A stretch of DNA of 64,000 bases from the NCBI GenBank assembly GCA_047495785.1, contig JBLDXI010000011.1, forward strand, positions 248,001 through 312,000, given 5' to 3'. The notes below the pieces were generated by a model. The model saw only the letters and a list, made by a program, of their open reading frames with translations. It had not been told where the DNA came from and did no database searches. Of the stretch, positions 1 to 12,135 are shown piece after piece. Numbering within the stretch: the stretch's first letter is position 1; each line of letters begins with the position of its first letter. A program made the position numbers and the translations under genes. This DNA comes from Lepidodermella squamata (taxonomy: Eukaryota > Animalia > Gastrotricha).

Positions 1-25
1 CGATGCGGAGGATGAGATATTCCAT
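1..25 (-). CDS. 5' end of a fourth Cys-rich secreted protein paralog (A0), running off the left edge of the window
   Basis: Minus strand reads ttacttgaatttaac-ATG GAA TAT CTC ATC CTC CGC ATC (MEYLILRI), matching ttacttgaatttagc-ATG AAA CAT TTC ATC CTC (MKHFIL) of A2. The upstream ~690 bp is also homologous to the A2 upstream region. Confidence 0.7.
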
Positions 26-690
26 GTTAAATTCAAGTAATTCTGAAGACCACTTTTGAAAGCCACTTTCCTCAGAAGTTATTAAATAGCGGAAATTTCA
101 CCTCCGGCTGTCAGTAACTCGAGCATCATTTTTCTTTCGAACACGAGCTGTGGCGTGCTGAACTTTGCTATACAGCTGGTCGCATTCGTGTGGCGGGGAA
201 ATCGACGGAAAATTACACAGCCCTGCGAACCGCCGCTTGCCAAATGCGACAAGCAAATGCCGTTGTACTTTTATCAATTTTTACAGCCATTATAATGAGT
301 AGAAATTGGCTACGCAACAAAGGCAGAAAGCTGCTCCAACACGCAATTCGCCAGTGGATAAGGGTAAATCGCCATCACCATTTCAAATTAACTCACGCGC
401 TTCAGGTGTGTAGAGCAGCTGGAGTAAAGGGTGCATAATAACAAATTAATAAATTAGATACGGTAAAAAGATATCGCAGCTAATGCCTGGCCAGCACACA
501 CAACTTGAGTGCTACACACATGCCGCGGCATCTGTTCGCACATGAAAATACTGGGCACACAGCGCCCGATTGCGCTTGTTACTAATGGCTTAACATTATG
601 AAATTAGTTCGAAGAAAATGTAAAATTAAGAAATATTACATTCAAGTACCAATCTCCCAGTGAGCAGTGAGCATCGAGGTGGGACGATGG
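26..690. repeat. Inverted duplicate of the A2 upstream region (9840-11099, excluding the MITE)
   Basis: For example, gagctgtggcgtgctgaactttgctatacagctggtcgcattcgtgtggc is the reverse complement of ~10930-10979. Homology continues across the MITE at 9915-10521. Confidence 0.9.
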
Positions 691-909
691 TGGAACCTGC
701 CATGAAAGCGCCCTAACGGCTGGTACAACTTACTCTGTTGTTTTGGTGATCAGTTTTTTGACAGATGCCAACTGATTCTGGAATCTACAAATTCATGCTC
801 CATGCTACTTCATTGGTCTTGAAGGAGCCAGAAGCTTTCCGACTTTCCGTGAATTTTCCGACAGATAACATTCGAATGATGTCATTCGGCGAAGAAATAG
901 TCTAAAATT

Positions 910-1442
910 GTACCTGACTCAGTTTTTCACGCTGTTCATTAATATGAAAACCGCATTTCAAAATTCGCCATGGATCAAAAGTCCTATCTCCACATTCGTG
1001 GATTTTTTTGCAGGTCATTCTTTTTCCATCAGAAAAATAGCATGAGTTCGAATAGGGCATCACAAAGATTATTCAATCACGACAAAAAATGGCGATGACT
1101 CAGTGCAGTATTCGATGCCGAGTGAAAATAAATCGGCAAAAGAGGGAAAAAAGCCAAAAATGAATGCTTTCGCAAGGACTCGAGCCACAACCTTAAAAAA
1201 ACACGAACAAAAAAATGAAAAAATCCACCAAAAAGTCCTATCTGCAGCGAATGTCTTTATTGTGCAATAACGATGCGTCACCGGTAAAAATGGCCGGCGC
1301 CATTCGATCCGCCGGGTTTGATTACCCCTGTTCTTCACATCAGTGACAATTTCTAGTGAAAATTTCGGAAATAAAGCTGTTTTTTCGATTTTCCTCGAAA
1401 TAAATTGTTTTGGAGATCGGACTTTTAGCCGCGCCAACGACG
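910..1442 (+). mobile_element. Left-truncated copy of the CGTCG-ended MITE found at 9915-10521
   Basis: Colinear with ~9973-10521 and ends in ggagatcggacttttagccgcgccaacgacg; the left TIR is absent. Confidence 0.85.
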
Positions 1443-2212
1443 AATTCATATCTTGTCCTACACACCTTGTCTGTGTATCCATGCTCGAACCCAAATCCAT
1501 GCAGGGAGAGATATCCAGCCCGTGTGTGCGATGCATGCGATGCGGCCGATGCATGGATCCTAGTTTGGTTTCAAGTTCGAGCAGGTTCGAGTTGACTGTT
1601 TATGTTTAGAATGCTCGGAAGCAATCGCGTATCAACAATCATCAGTATTCCGTAGGATGAAATATGTCAATGAGCTTTGATGATCGTCTTGTTTCGGGCA
1701 ACGAGAAAATTCATATCTGAGTGAATTCACAATTCTACCATCAATCCCAGTATATCAATGCCATAATATAAATTCAATGCAATTCGGCGCTGGCTTTATG
1801 CGAAGAGATGACACTGCGTGTGTTCTGCTGCTCATTGTTTTTTGTAGGCCATGCATAGGCTTGGCTATCTTTTCACCGTATCTAAATTTTATGATGTTTT
1901 CGAGCGCTCTTGACTGTATATGTAGCAATTACTTGGCCACGTAATGTAATGGCTGAGCCGATCTGGCGTATGGATGGCAATTATCAGTTATATTGCCGTG
2001 ACGACTGCATTTGACGCTGTGGCCTGAAGTTGACGAACAGAAGGCCGCATCCAGTCTGTGAACCTCTCCGCCTACCTGCGACACTAATGGGACCGCATGG
2101 CTGTTGGGCTTATTCGAGCACGCCAAAACACCCGCGCGTGTACTGCAGAACGTGCTCGTGCAATGACAGCCGAATTTCGTCGGTGAGGATGAAAAAATGG
2201 ATACTTGAGCGT

Positions 2213-2219
2213 TATATAA
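2213..2219 (+). promoter_or_regulatory. Putative TATA box of A1
   Basis: TATATAA ~50 bp upstream of the ATG at 2270. Confidence 0.4.
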
Positions 2220-2269
2220 GCGGCTGCTGTTTTCCACTTTCCATTTCTTGAGAATTAGTCGAAATAGGC

Positions 2270-3316
2270 ATGCAACATTTCAACCTGCTCGTTCTCGTAG
2301 CCGCGGCATGTCGCGTAGTCTCGGCTTGCCCAGCCGCATCGACAACTTCGTGCCCGAGATCGGCGACCGTAACCGACTCGCCTGGAACTTGCCCGAATGG
2401 CCAGGCGTGTTACACAACGACCAACCCCTGCAACTCTGGCTCGTCCTGCACTGCAGCAGCCAACGTCTGCGACGCAGCAACCAACACCTGCGTCGCTAAA
2501 AGCAGTGGGTCGGGTGGAACGTCTTCGTGTACAAGCGGTCAAACGTGCACGCCGTCCGCCAATATCTGCGACGCTTCTGCGAAAAATTGCATCGCAAAGG
2601 CAGCAGCACAATGCCCGGATTCTCAAGCTTGCACGGCCCCTGTCAGAGCCATTTGCATTCAAAGCTTCATTTCGTGCGAATTTTACTGTTACATAGGTCA
2701 CCTACAAATTATGTAAAATAACCCAGACACAGGCCGCTTTCGGAACCGCAAAAGATAATATTTGGTTCTGCACAGCGAATGCCGGTGCTTGCGACTCGGT
2801 CCTTAAAGCTGGAACGGAAGTAAGAATCAACCGATTGTAAATTATATTTAAAAGAGTTATCCCTTTCAGCCAGATCCGAGTGCAGTCCCATACCCCACTT
2901 TCTCAGATTGCTGCACTGCTGCTAACGTTGGCATTGGTCTGTTGTACGAGCTAGTTCCTGGCTCTCCACCCGTAACGGCGTGTATTGGCAAAGCCAGCGC
3001 TCAAGGCGCATACTACATAACAGCGCAAAACGTTAATGGGAGTCCGAATGCATTTTGTTTCCGCTTCCCTACCACCGCATCAGATGCAGCACACAGGACC
3101 GTTGTCAACACCCTGGTTGGCAAAGCATCCAGGCTGAAATCTCATTTGTTTATTGCTTTATTTCTCCCGTTTCTCATATAGTCAGTAAAAAGTGGAACTT
3201 ACGCGCCCCTTGCAACTTTCCAAGAGTGCTGCGTGGAGCTATCACCTGGAACTGTCCAATTCGTATCGACCGGCAACGCCTATGGCGTCACTACTTTTGA
3301 GATGTGCCAAGTATGA
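2270..3316 (+). CDS. Cys-rich secreted protein A1 (~291 aa); exons 2270-2641, 2697-2819, 2870-3115, 3182-3316
   Basis: Signal peptide MQHFNLLVLVAAACRVVSA; repeated CxxGQxC and NxCD motifs; two F(S/Q)(D/E)CC motifs; three phase-0 GT-AG introns at the same positions as in A2 and A3; splices in frame to TGA. Confidence 0.85.
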
Positions 3317-4074
3317 ACTGTGCTGTGGATTTGCGAGACTTCCGCCATCTATCGCCAACAAAACTTCTGACACACGAGGTAGCCAGAAGAGCTTGTTACT
3401 TTAAAATAAAATCTTTGAATAACTCGCATTTCGCGCAAATTTGAAGGCGAACATGCAGCTCTTGGTCGCCCTGTGTGGCATGAGTCAACATAGCGTTAGC
3501 GTCGTTGAATAGCTATGATTCAAGCTTTTTTACTTCCCGAAAAACTGCTTCTAAGGTGAACGAAGAGGCAAAAAACAAAAGACTTTTTGCTTGTCATCTC
3601 GCACTTCCAAACTAGCGTAAAAGTTACGATATGACAGGTACGATGCAGCAACGAACATGCAGATACGCAGTGCATGGTGAGACAACCATCGCATACGATC
3701 AAATGACTGCATTAGTCCATTAAAATCATGCAGTTGAAAACCAGCAAAACCAACTTTTTAACGGTGGGGAAAATAAATTAGATATCCTGAATCAGTGCGA
3801 AAAGTTAGGTCTAACTGCATATTTTCGCACAATTTTCGCTCAAAATTAGGGAGTAATTAGAAGAAAAATATTACGTGCGGCTGTCACAATGCGCCTGTGT
3901 GCATGTGCGCTGCTGTTTCACTGCTTTTTCTTTTATAAGCTTTGCTCATACTTGTGAAGCTGTCGTCACAATAACAATCATCAAAATTCTGATCTTTTTC
4001 AAATAGGTTATCATCTGCCATCTGCCACTACCAGAGTATCAGGAATATTTCGTCAAAATAACCAATCGGTAATG

Positions 4075-4182
4075 CCTTCAAATTCATCACTGGGTGGCGA
4101 GATGGGTTGACAGCGTCACACAACGCGCGCTCGTTGTGTGAAGCTGTCAACCCATCTCGCCACCCAGTGATGAATTTGAAGG
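4075..4182. repeat. Near-perfect 108-bp palindrome (hairpin)
   Basis: ccttcaaattcatcactgggtggcgagatgggttgacagc...gctgtcaacccatctcgccacccagtgatgaatttgaagg; ~51-bp arms, 6-nt loop, one mismatch. Confidence 0.95.
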
Positions 4183-4566
4183 ACACGTAACTAGCACCGG
4201 CAAATCGAAGTTCAAAAATAGAAGCGTTCATAAATAGAAGCGAAGAAGCGGTGGAAGCATGTTACCTAAAAATGATTCCATAACGCATTTAATTTTTCTT
4301 GGTTCGGATGTTATTTCCGAATTTTTACTCTGAATTCATAAGGAATCTTCATCTTTTTATGTGATATTTAACGGGTCTTTCAAATTTTGACATGAATTTT
4401 AGATGATTCATCCTTGGTATCTTCTTCTGAAAAACAACATGTCGAGGAGTTCACCTTCGAAATCAGTACGAAGAAATGTCCTGAGACAATCAATGCTCGC
4501 GAAAGTGATCGCATTCGAAGGAAGTATCCCCCGGGTTCAGGTTGGGACGACGTAGTCTACTAGGAG

Positions 4567-6900
4567 ATGGTTGGCTCTGGTATCGTGGTTGGCTGTCCCT
4601 TCGCTTTTCTAGGCCATAAAATCGTTAAAACAACCAACGTGGTCACCGCCAACGGCCATGAGACGTCTCATGGATTTTCGAGGACCTACTGGGGTAACGC
4701 GACGGGTGAAATGATTGCCAATGATGAGCAAGATGGCAGTTCAATACATCATGTGTCCGAGCCGCGCTGGTCTTGCTGGATTTTTGGCAAACGACGTTCT
4801 TCTGACCTGGTTTTAGGCCAATCAACACGCCAAAGCCATTCTAAACGCCCTCGGGCTTCGGAAACAACGCGTCCATGCTGCCCATTTTAGTTGCAAGGGC
4901 CCGCGAGGCGTAGTTTACGAGATTTCCTTCGGCTTACTTCAAGCGGTTAGTCAGACCTTCAATCAATGCTGTTTTCAAGCATATATTTCACGAGTTGTCA
5001 CGTTTACCCGGCCCATTGATGAAGCTGATCGACCCGGGGAAGTCATCTTACCCCAGGGTTGCATCTTCACCTTCATACTGCTGTGCATCGGCCATGTTGT
5101 CAAGGCGATTTCGAATTGGTTCCGAACTGATCGCGAAAATTGCTTTCCTGAAATGCTTGGAATAATTCAAAGTTCTGCAAATTTCTTGAATTTCCTGAAG
5201 TTTCTTCGACTCACCGTTCGGCTAACAGTGAACAAATTTCTGACTCCTGAAGTTTCCGCTGCCGATGCAGAACTCATGGCGGTTTGGAATCAGGGCGTCG
5301 TACTTCGGGACGAGGTGGAGACCGCCATGAAAGCCGCGATCCATGTTCAGGCGGAGGTGAATCAGCAATCAGCAGGATGGCGAGGCGGATGGCGAGGCGA
5401 TTGACAATCCGGTCTCAGAAGGAGTCGGCTCGAATTTAATGTTTTTCGATGTCAAAAACGACTTGGTGCAAAAGCAACCGACCTACAAGCAAGCCTGTCG
5501 GCCTGTTTTGTCTCAATTCGAACGAGTTTTCAGCGAGGAACTTTCGGCAGCAAATCGTTAAATCGACGGTGGCGATTTTGAAGCGAACCCATACTTCTGC
5601 CCTAAAATCGCGACCAAGTTCAGAGAAATTCTGCTGATCCTTTTTCCGTGCTGGTGGTCACCCTATGTTCGGCTGGCCCGTTGTCCAAAAGGCCCTGTTT
5701 CAAATGCTGTCGTTGAGATACGTCAAGACATAGCTAAAAACAAAATCTCTCGACGCAAAGCTGACACGGTTGCTTTGTATGCCAGAGCTGCCTTGGACGT
5801 TGACTAAGGCCTGGTATTGAAGGCCCTCGATACGATCGGCAAAGGTCCAGTTGAGCCGAAGACCCCGAAATCCAATCTTGCTGAAATCACTCCAGAACAA
5901 GCTGTCGAAGGATACGGTGGTGCAAGTGGCAAACGGCGGGTGAAACATCGCCGTGGTCGGGCTCATCTGCCGGCACATCTTGTTCAACGGCAATGCCTCG
6001 AAGGTTTGTCAGCTTTCGCCGCAACAATTGCCGACAAAACTGAAACTCAGGCTGAACAGCCCAAGATCTTTTCCGAGATGAAGGCCATCAAAGACAATAA
6101 TCGAAGAAAAGGTTTGTTTTTCTGCGAATCTATTTAACGTACCTTATGTTATGAAACATCTCTATTTTAGTTTTAGGTAAATCGAAATCAAAAGGTTCGA
6201 ATCGAAAAACAAGTCCGTGTGACATTCGAACAACACCTTCTTGATTCCTCAATCGATTTAACAGCCGACATCTCCGGAATCGAACCCATTGCCAGGTCCT
6301 CTCCCCACCCGATTCCAGGTTTGAATATCATCTTTTACATTTAAATAGAGTTTTTCAACTATTTCGTGCCTTGTAGATCATTGCGATGATTCCGTCTTCG
6401 TAATGCGAAAATGCGAAAATGCGTAATGCCCTCGGAAGAAGCTGCCGATCCCGGCGAAACGAAGAAAGTCGAGCAATGTGGTAACGAATCCAGCTGAACT
6501 TCCAACTTCGGAACCTGTTGCAATCTCGGATGGTAGGATTTATTTGGAGTTTTCCTATTTTATTTTTATTAATTTCTTGCTTAATTTCAGATTCGGCGAA
6601 CGCCACACTGAATCCAGGGAATGACCAATCTAAGCCTAGTAACAATCAACGAAATCGTCCGATCTCTCACCCCAAGTTTTCCCCTCCAACCTGCGAATCC
6701 CGCCTCCGAGCTGCGAGTCTTTGCCGACTCGACGAGTCACTTGTACCTAAGCGTTTGGTTAACGTTAAAAGCTGCCCGCAAATTTCGTGGGAACGCAGCA
6801 TCCCCTTACAAACTTGGCCAACTAAGGGCGACGGCAACCGCTTTCCTCCTATACAACATTACATACAATCACGCGATTTCATTCTAAACGTAAATTGAAT
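4567..6900 (+). pseudogene. Decayed Mutator-like (NOF-FB-type) transposase remnant
   Basis: Motifs in the expected order across shifting frames: YWGNATG (DATG-like, ~4690), VVYEISFGLLQAVSQTFNQC (~4910), ILLCIGHVVKAISNW (CxxH, ~5080), SNAVVE (~5700). Many stops and frameshifts. Confidence 0.5.
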
Positions 6901-7118
6901 TTTTTGTGTTTTTACACACATTTGATAACCCTCTCTCAAATTTACTATACTGGCACTTTGCCAACATGCCTATTGACGAGGCCGAATGGTCTAGGCTCGA
7001 ACGGCGGATGACGGGCACGGAAGTAGGTATCAAGGAGCATGCAACTTGTAAAGCTCAAGTCTGAAGTCGAGCAACTCCGAACGACAGTGACCGATCAGGT
7101 TTTCTCGCATCGAAATTA

Positions 7119-8129
7119 TTGATTTTTTTCCTGTCAAGCAGAAAAGTGGCTAGTGTCGAGTCGACAGTATTAGTCCCAAGGCCTGTTGACTTCTTCTTGG
7201 ATTTAATCGAGCGCTCGAATGGCGATGCAAATTCAATCACCGATGCAATTTTAGATGTACTTTACGCAGCTGAGTTCACGGATGACTATCTTGATAAGTT
7301 ATGGGTCGCGCTTGCCATGGACGGTGCTAGTGTTTTAATGGGTGTTCAAAATGGAGCTGGTAAGTTGATTTCGTCTAACGTTTCTGTTATGGTGAATTCT
7401 GCTTCCGAATAAAGGTGCGTTAGAAGGAAGTTATTTCGACGTCTAATTGTATTTCATTGCCTGGCTCATCGATTGGAGCTTGGGATAGCAGATGCGATTA
7501 AGGACTCCCTAGCTATTCAAGTTTTTACCGAATGCGTCAGCAAAATTTACGCGTACTACTTGCCTTCTCCTAAAAGGCTGCGACCCGAGCTTTGCTGAAC
7601 AATTTGCCGGGTGTTCATGATCACCTACAAGGCCGCCTTGAGAGTGCAAAATCTAAAAAGAAAACTGCGAAAGAAGAAACTGTTAAGGGTGTCGTTGACA
7701 GCCTAACAGATTTTCAAACTGTTGCTTTGCTGTGCACTTGCAACGTTGTACTGCGCGAAATTCAAATTTTATCAAGGTAAGAATTTTCTCAATTCCAGAT
7801 TTCTGAATTTTTCAATTATGCTATGAAATATTAAAGCCCTTCAAGACTCCAAGACATCTGCTTGCAATGTGTGGCACAAGATTGAATACTGTCTCAAGTC
7901 GTTGAAAGATATGCGAGAAAATCACGGCGGAAGTTTAACTGGTTTAATTCAGGCATTGAAGTATAAGTCGTACAATGCTGTGCCCTTGCGTAACTGTACT
8001 ACTTCGGACGTAGCAATATTTGAAAAACAGCACACCAAAATTATTACGAATGTCATTGCCAGCTTAACTGAAAGACTGCAGGACAGCAAACAGGCTGAAC
8101 TTGGCCGCACCTCAGGTCCCGACAGCTAA
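7119..8129 (+). pseudogene. hAT-family (ZNF862-like) transposase remnant
   Basis: LWVALAMDGASVLMGVQNG, followed by LIVFHCLAHRLELGIADAIK...KIYAYYLPSPKRLR (7444-7582), both typical hAT catalytic-core motifs; interrupted by introns and frameshifts. Confidence 0.8.
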
Positions 8130-8849
8130 GGACATTTTCGGGCGAAAGATGCCATTTTCGGGAAAAGAAAAATTACGTTATATTCTAGTGGCTAATTGTC
8201 TGTTGTAATGATCGAACCCAAATGAAAAATGTTGAAAAGTAGTAGATGCGAGCGAAATTTTTTTTATCACTTTCCGCGTACCCCCTAGCACTTAGACCTA
8301 GTCGGATCACTGTAATACACCACTATGACCTACCGAGCACTTAGGTTAAAACTACAAATAAAACTTTAGCGATTTGGAAGTGTCAGCCGAGCAGGAAAAT
8401 TAAGATGAGGGAAATGCTCAAAGTAGGACGACATATCCGATTGTTTTAGATTGCATTCGAGTTGGTATAAGTCGGCCACGCTTCATTTCAACTGGCAATT
8501 GTAGATTCCAGTATAGTTTTTGCGCTAGAACATGGAGGAGATCAGGGATCAGACGGGACATGACGCCGAAAATGCGACGAAAATTAAACCCCCTCCCCAC
8601 AAATGCGTTGCCACGGAAAATATTTTAAATATTTTAAATTGTTCGAGTTTTATTTATCTTAATATTTAAATATCTATTTTATTAAACTTATAATATATAA
8701 TAATATAATAATAATAGTTTTATTTAGCCTCTCCTAGACTGCACGTCATTATACGGTTTTGAAGAGGGCGAAGGCAGGCAAAGATTGAACATTAATCCTT
8801 ACCCACCCCCACAGTTGAAGATTCTGCTTTTTCCGAAAAATTCATAATT

Positions 8850-9212
8850 ATTTTTTTTTTATTTACCGAATATTTTTAGCTATAATCATAGATTAAGGCC
8901 TAGGGAGTTCATCTGCAGTTTAAAAAAGTTGATGTCGGTGTTTTCGGGGAAACATCTGGCCGGAAGGCTATTCCATCTTGTGAAGATCTCATTGAGTCGT
9001 TGTAGTGGCTCAATCTCCGTACCTGGTTTTCGTCGAACAACACTTTGCCACGGTGTAGACAGACGCACCTGATATTTGTGACGAGCAATCGAACCACGAA
9101 GCGTTCGCGTGTCCCTACTTGGTTCAACGATTTCAAACCTCGATCGCAACTGAGGTGTTCCCCTGCGCGCCACGATGACCTTATATAGATAAGTCATTAA
9201 TCGAGTTAACAA
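8850..9212 (-). mobile_element. 3' end of a CR1/L2-like non-LTR retrotransposon with an A-rich tail
   Basis: RTLRGSIARHKYQV...RWNSLPARCFPENTDINFFK resembles the ORF2 C-terminus of CR1/L2; an A-run follows at ~8851-8860. Confidence 0.6.
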
Positions 9213-9429
9213 TCATGCGCCATTCATCTTTTTCAAAGGATGCGAGTTCAGGTAATTGTAAATCAGGAATAATTTTAGTTTCAAATTTATTTTCGCCGGG
9301 TTTTTTCTTATCACCTTTTTTCTTAGTAACCTTATCCTTTTTGTCTTTCTTAATGTTAGATTTCTTTTTCCGGCGTATTTCCTTAGTGAGTCCTACTTTA
9401 ATCAAACTCCTATGCACTCCGTTTATCCT

Positions 9430-9660
9430 TCTGGTCCGGGGTCTTCCTCTGGTTGCTGTCTCGTCCTTAGCGATATCATATATTGTGTTTTAGCCACGTT
9501 AATTTTAAGTCCTAATTCGGTGCATGCTAAGTCAAATATTTTTAGCAACCGTGAGATTTCGTCATGGTTCATGCCCAATAGAGTTCCGTCGTCCGCGAAT
9601 GCAAGTAAATTCAGAAAATCCTCGTCACTAATTGGAAAACCGACTTTTTCCTCCTTATTA
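9430..9660 (-). mobile_element. Reverse-transcriptase fragment (RTE-like), related to the element at 62-63 kb
   Basis: Minus strand translates GFPISDEDFLNLLAFADDGTLLGMNHDEISRLLKIFDLACTELGLKINVAKTQYM (FADD motif). Confidence 0.85.
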
Positions 9661-9914
9661 AACTTGAGTGAAGAAAATGGGAGAAAACGCGGAATTTTTG
9701 AATTTTTACCCTGGACGTTTATAGGTGGGATTTACATGTGTGCTGTCAGATCACCTAATCAAAACTGTCAAAACAGATCACCTAAGCCCGTACCAGCCCG
9801 TAAGCCCGTAAGTAAGCTATACCAGCCCGTAGTACGCTTCCATCGTCTCACCCCGATGCTGATTGGGAGATGGGTAATTGGTGCTTAATTCTAATTATTT
9901 CTTGATTTCATATT

Positions 9915-10521
9915 CGTCGTTGGTGCGGCTAAAAGTCCTATCTCCATCAAAAATCGAAATAGGGTTTTTTCCAGTACCTGACTCAGTTTTTCAAGCTGTT
10001 CAATAATATGAAAACCGCATTTCAAAATTCGCCAGGGATCACAAGTCCTCACATTCGTGGATCTTTTTCAAGGTCATTCTTTTTCCATCAGAAAAAGTGT
10101 TTTCACCATAGCATGAGTTCGAATAAGGCACGAAAAGTGCTATGTGCATCACAAAAGTTATTCGATCACGACAAAAAATGGCGATGACTCAGTGCGGTAA
10201 TCGATGCCAAGTGAAAATAAGTCGCAAAAAATCGGCCAAAAATTATTGCTTTCGCAAGGACTCGATCCACAACCTTAAAAAAACACGAACAATAATTGAA
10301 AAATCCACCAAAAGATCCTATCTGCAGCGAATGTCCTTATTGTGCATAAACGACGCGTCACCGGTAAAAATGGCCGGCGCCATTCGATCCGCCGAGTTTG
10401 ATTACCCCTATTTTACACATCAGTGACTTTTGTTAGTGAAAATTTAGGAAATAAAGCTGTTTTTCGATTTATCTCGAAATAAATTGTTTTGGAGATAGGA
10501 CTTTTAGCCGCACCAACGACG
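9915..10521. mobile_element. Complete MITE with 32-bp TIRs and a 5-bp TSD (ATATT)
   Basis: cgtcgttggtgcggctaaaagtcctatctcca ... tggagataggacttttagccgcaccaacgacg, flanked by atatt on both sides; the paralogous region near 608-640 shows the empty site. Confidence 0.92.
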
Positions 10522-11099
10522 ATATTTTCTTTAGCTAATTTCATAATGTTAAACCATTAGTAACACGCGTAATTGGGCGGCGCTGTGTGCTCAGATGCCA
10601 CGGCATGTGTGTAGCGCTCATGTTGTGTGTGTTGGCCAGGCATTAGCTGCGATATCTTTTTACCGTATCTAATTTTGTTAATTTTTTGCACCCTTTACTC
10701 AACCTGTTGATCTACACACCTGAAGCGCGTGACTTAAGTTGAACTGATGATGAAGATTTTCCCTTATCCACTGGCGAATTGCGTGTTAGAGCTGCTTTCT
10801 GCCTTTGTTGCGTAGCCCATTTCTCTTCATTATAATTGCTGTAAAAATTAATAAATATACAGCGACATTTGCTTGACGCATTTGGCAAGCGGCCGTTCGC
10901 AGGGTCGCATCCATTCTGTGTAATTATCTGCCACACGAATGCGACCAGCTGTATAGCAAAGTTCAGCACGCCACAGCTCGCGTCCGAAAAATGATCGAGT
11001 AATGACAGCCGGAGGGGAAAAATGGATATTTAAGAGCTTCTGAGGTGGCGGCTGTTATTCATTATTTCAAGTTCTCAACTAAAATTACTTGAATTTAGC

Positions 11100-12135
11100 A
11101 TGAAACATTTCATCCTCGCTATTCTCTTGGCCACTGCTTGTGGCGTAGTCACAGCTTGCCCAGCCTCTTCGACAACCCCTTGTCCGCGATCGGCTACTGC
11201 AACGGATTCGCCTGGAACGTGCCCGAATGGCCAGGCGTGTTACACGACATCGAACCCCTGCAACTCTGGCTCGTCCTGCACTGCAGCAGCAAACATATGC
11301 GATGCAACAACCAACACATGCGTCGCTAAAAGCAGTGGGTCGGGTGGAACTTCTTCGTGTACAAGCGGTCAAACTTGCACGCCGTCCGCCAATATATGCG
11401 ACGCTTCTGCAAAAAATTGCATCGCAAAGGCAGCAACACAATGCCCGGATTCTCAAGCTTGCACGGCCCCAGTAAGAGCAATTTTCATTCAAACGTTCAT
11501 TTTCTGTGAATTTCACCCAACAGGTCACCTACAAATTATGTAAAATATCCCAAACTCAGGGCGCTTCTGGAGTAAGCAATCTTAGGTTCTGCACAGCGAA
11601 CGCTGGCGCTTGTGACTCGGTTCTAACAACTGGAACGGCTGTAAGAATCAACTGATTTATATATGAATGCGATTTGAAAGCGTTGTGCATTGCAGCCAGA
11701 CTCGAGTGGAAGCACTTTCACCACTTTTTCTGACTGCTGTAATATTGCTTCAGCCCTTGGCGGTGGAAACGGTCTCATATACGAGCTCGTACCTGGCTCT
11801 CCCCCCGTGACGGCCTGTATTGCAAAAGCCCCTGGTAACGCGTATGCTATAACAGCGCAAAACACTGATGGGACTCCGAATGCATTTTGTTTCCGCTTTC
11901 CTTACACCGCATCGGACGCGGCGCATAAGGCCGTCGCAAACATCTTGGTAATGCTTTCAGACTAAAACTTTTGTCGATTGTTAAAAGCTCATTTTCCTTA
12001 TAGGCAGTCAAAGATGGGTACGGCGCCGCTTCAAGTTTCCACGAATGCTGCGTGAAGCTATCGCCAGGAACTGTCACATATCTAACGACTGGCAGCGCAT
12101 ATGGCGTCACTACATTTGAGATGTGCAAAGTATGA
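11100..12135 (+). CDS. Cys-rich secreted protein A2 (~290 aa); exons 11100-11471, 11524-11640, 11696-11947, 12004-12135
   Basis: Close paralog of A1; canonical splice sites; in frame to TGA. Confidence 0.88.

Noticed and set aside
1069-1609. 161-aa and overlapping ORFs (and 10142-10426)
   Set aside because: They lie largely in MITE copies, and the frames are not conserved between copies.
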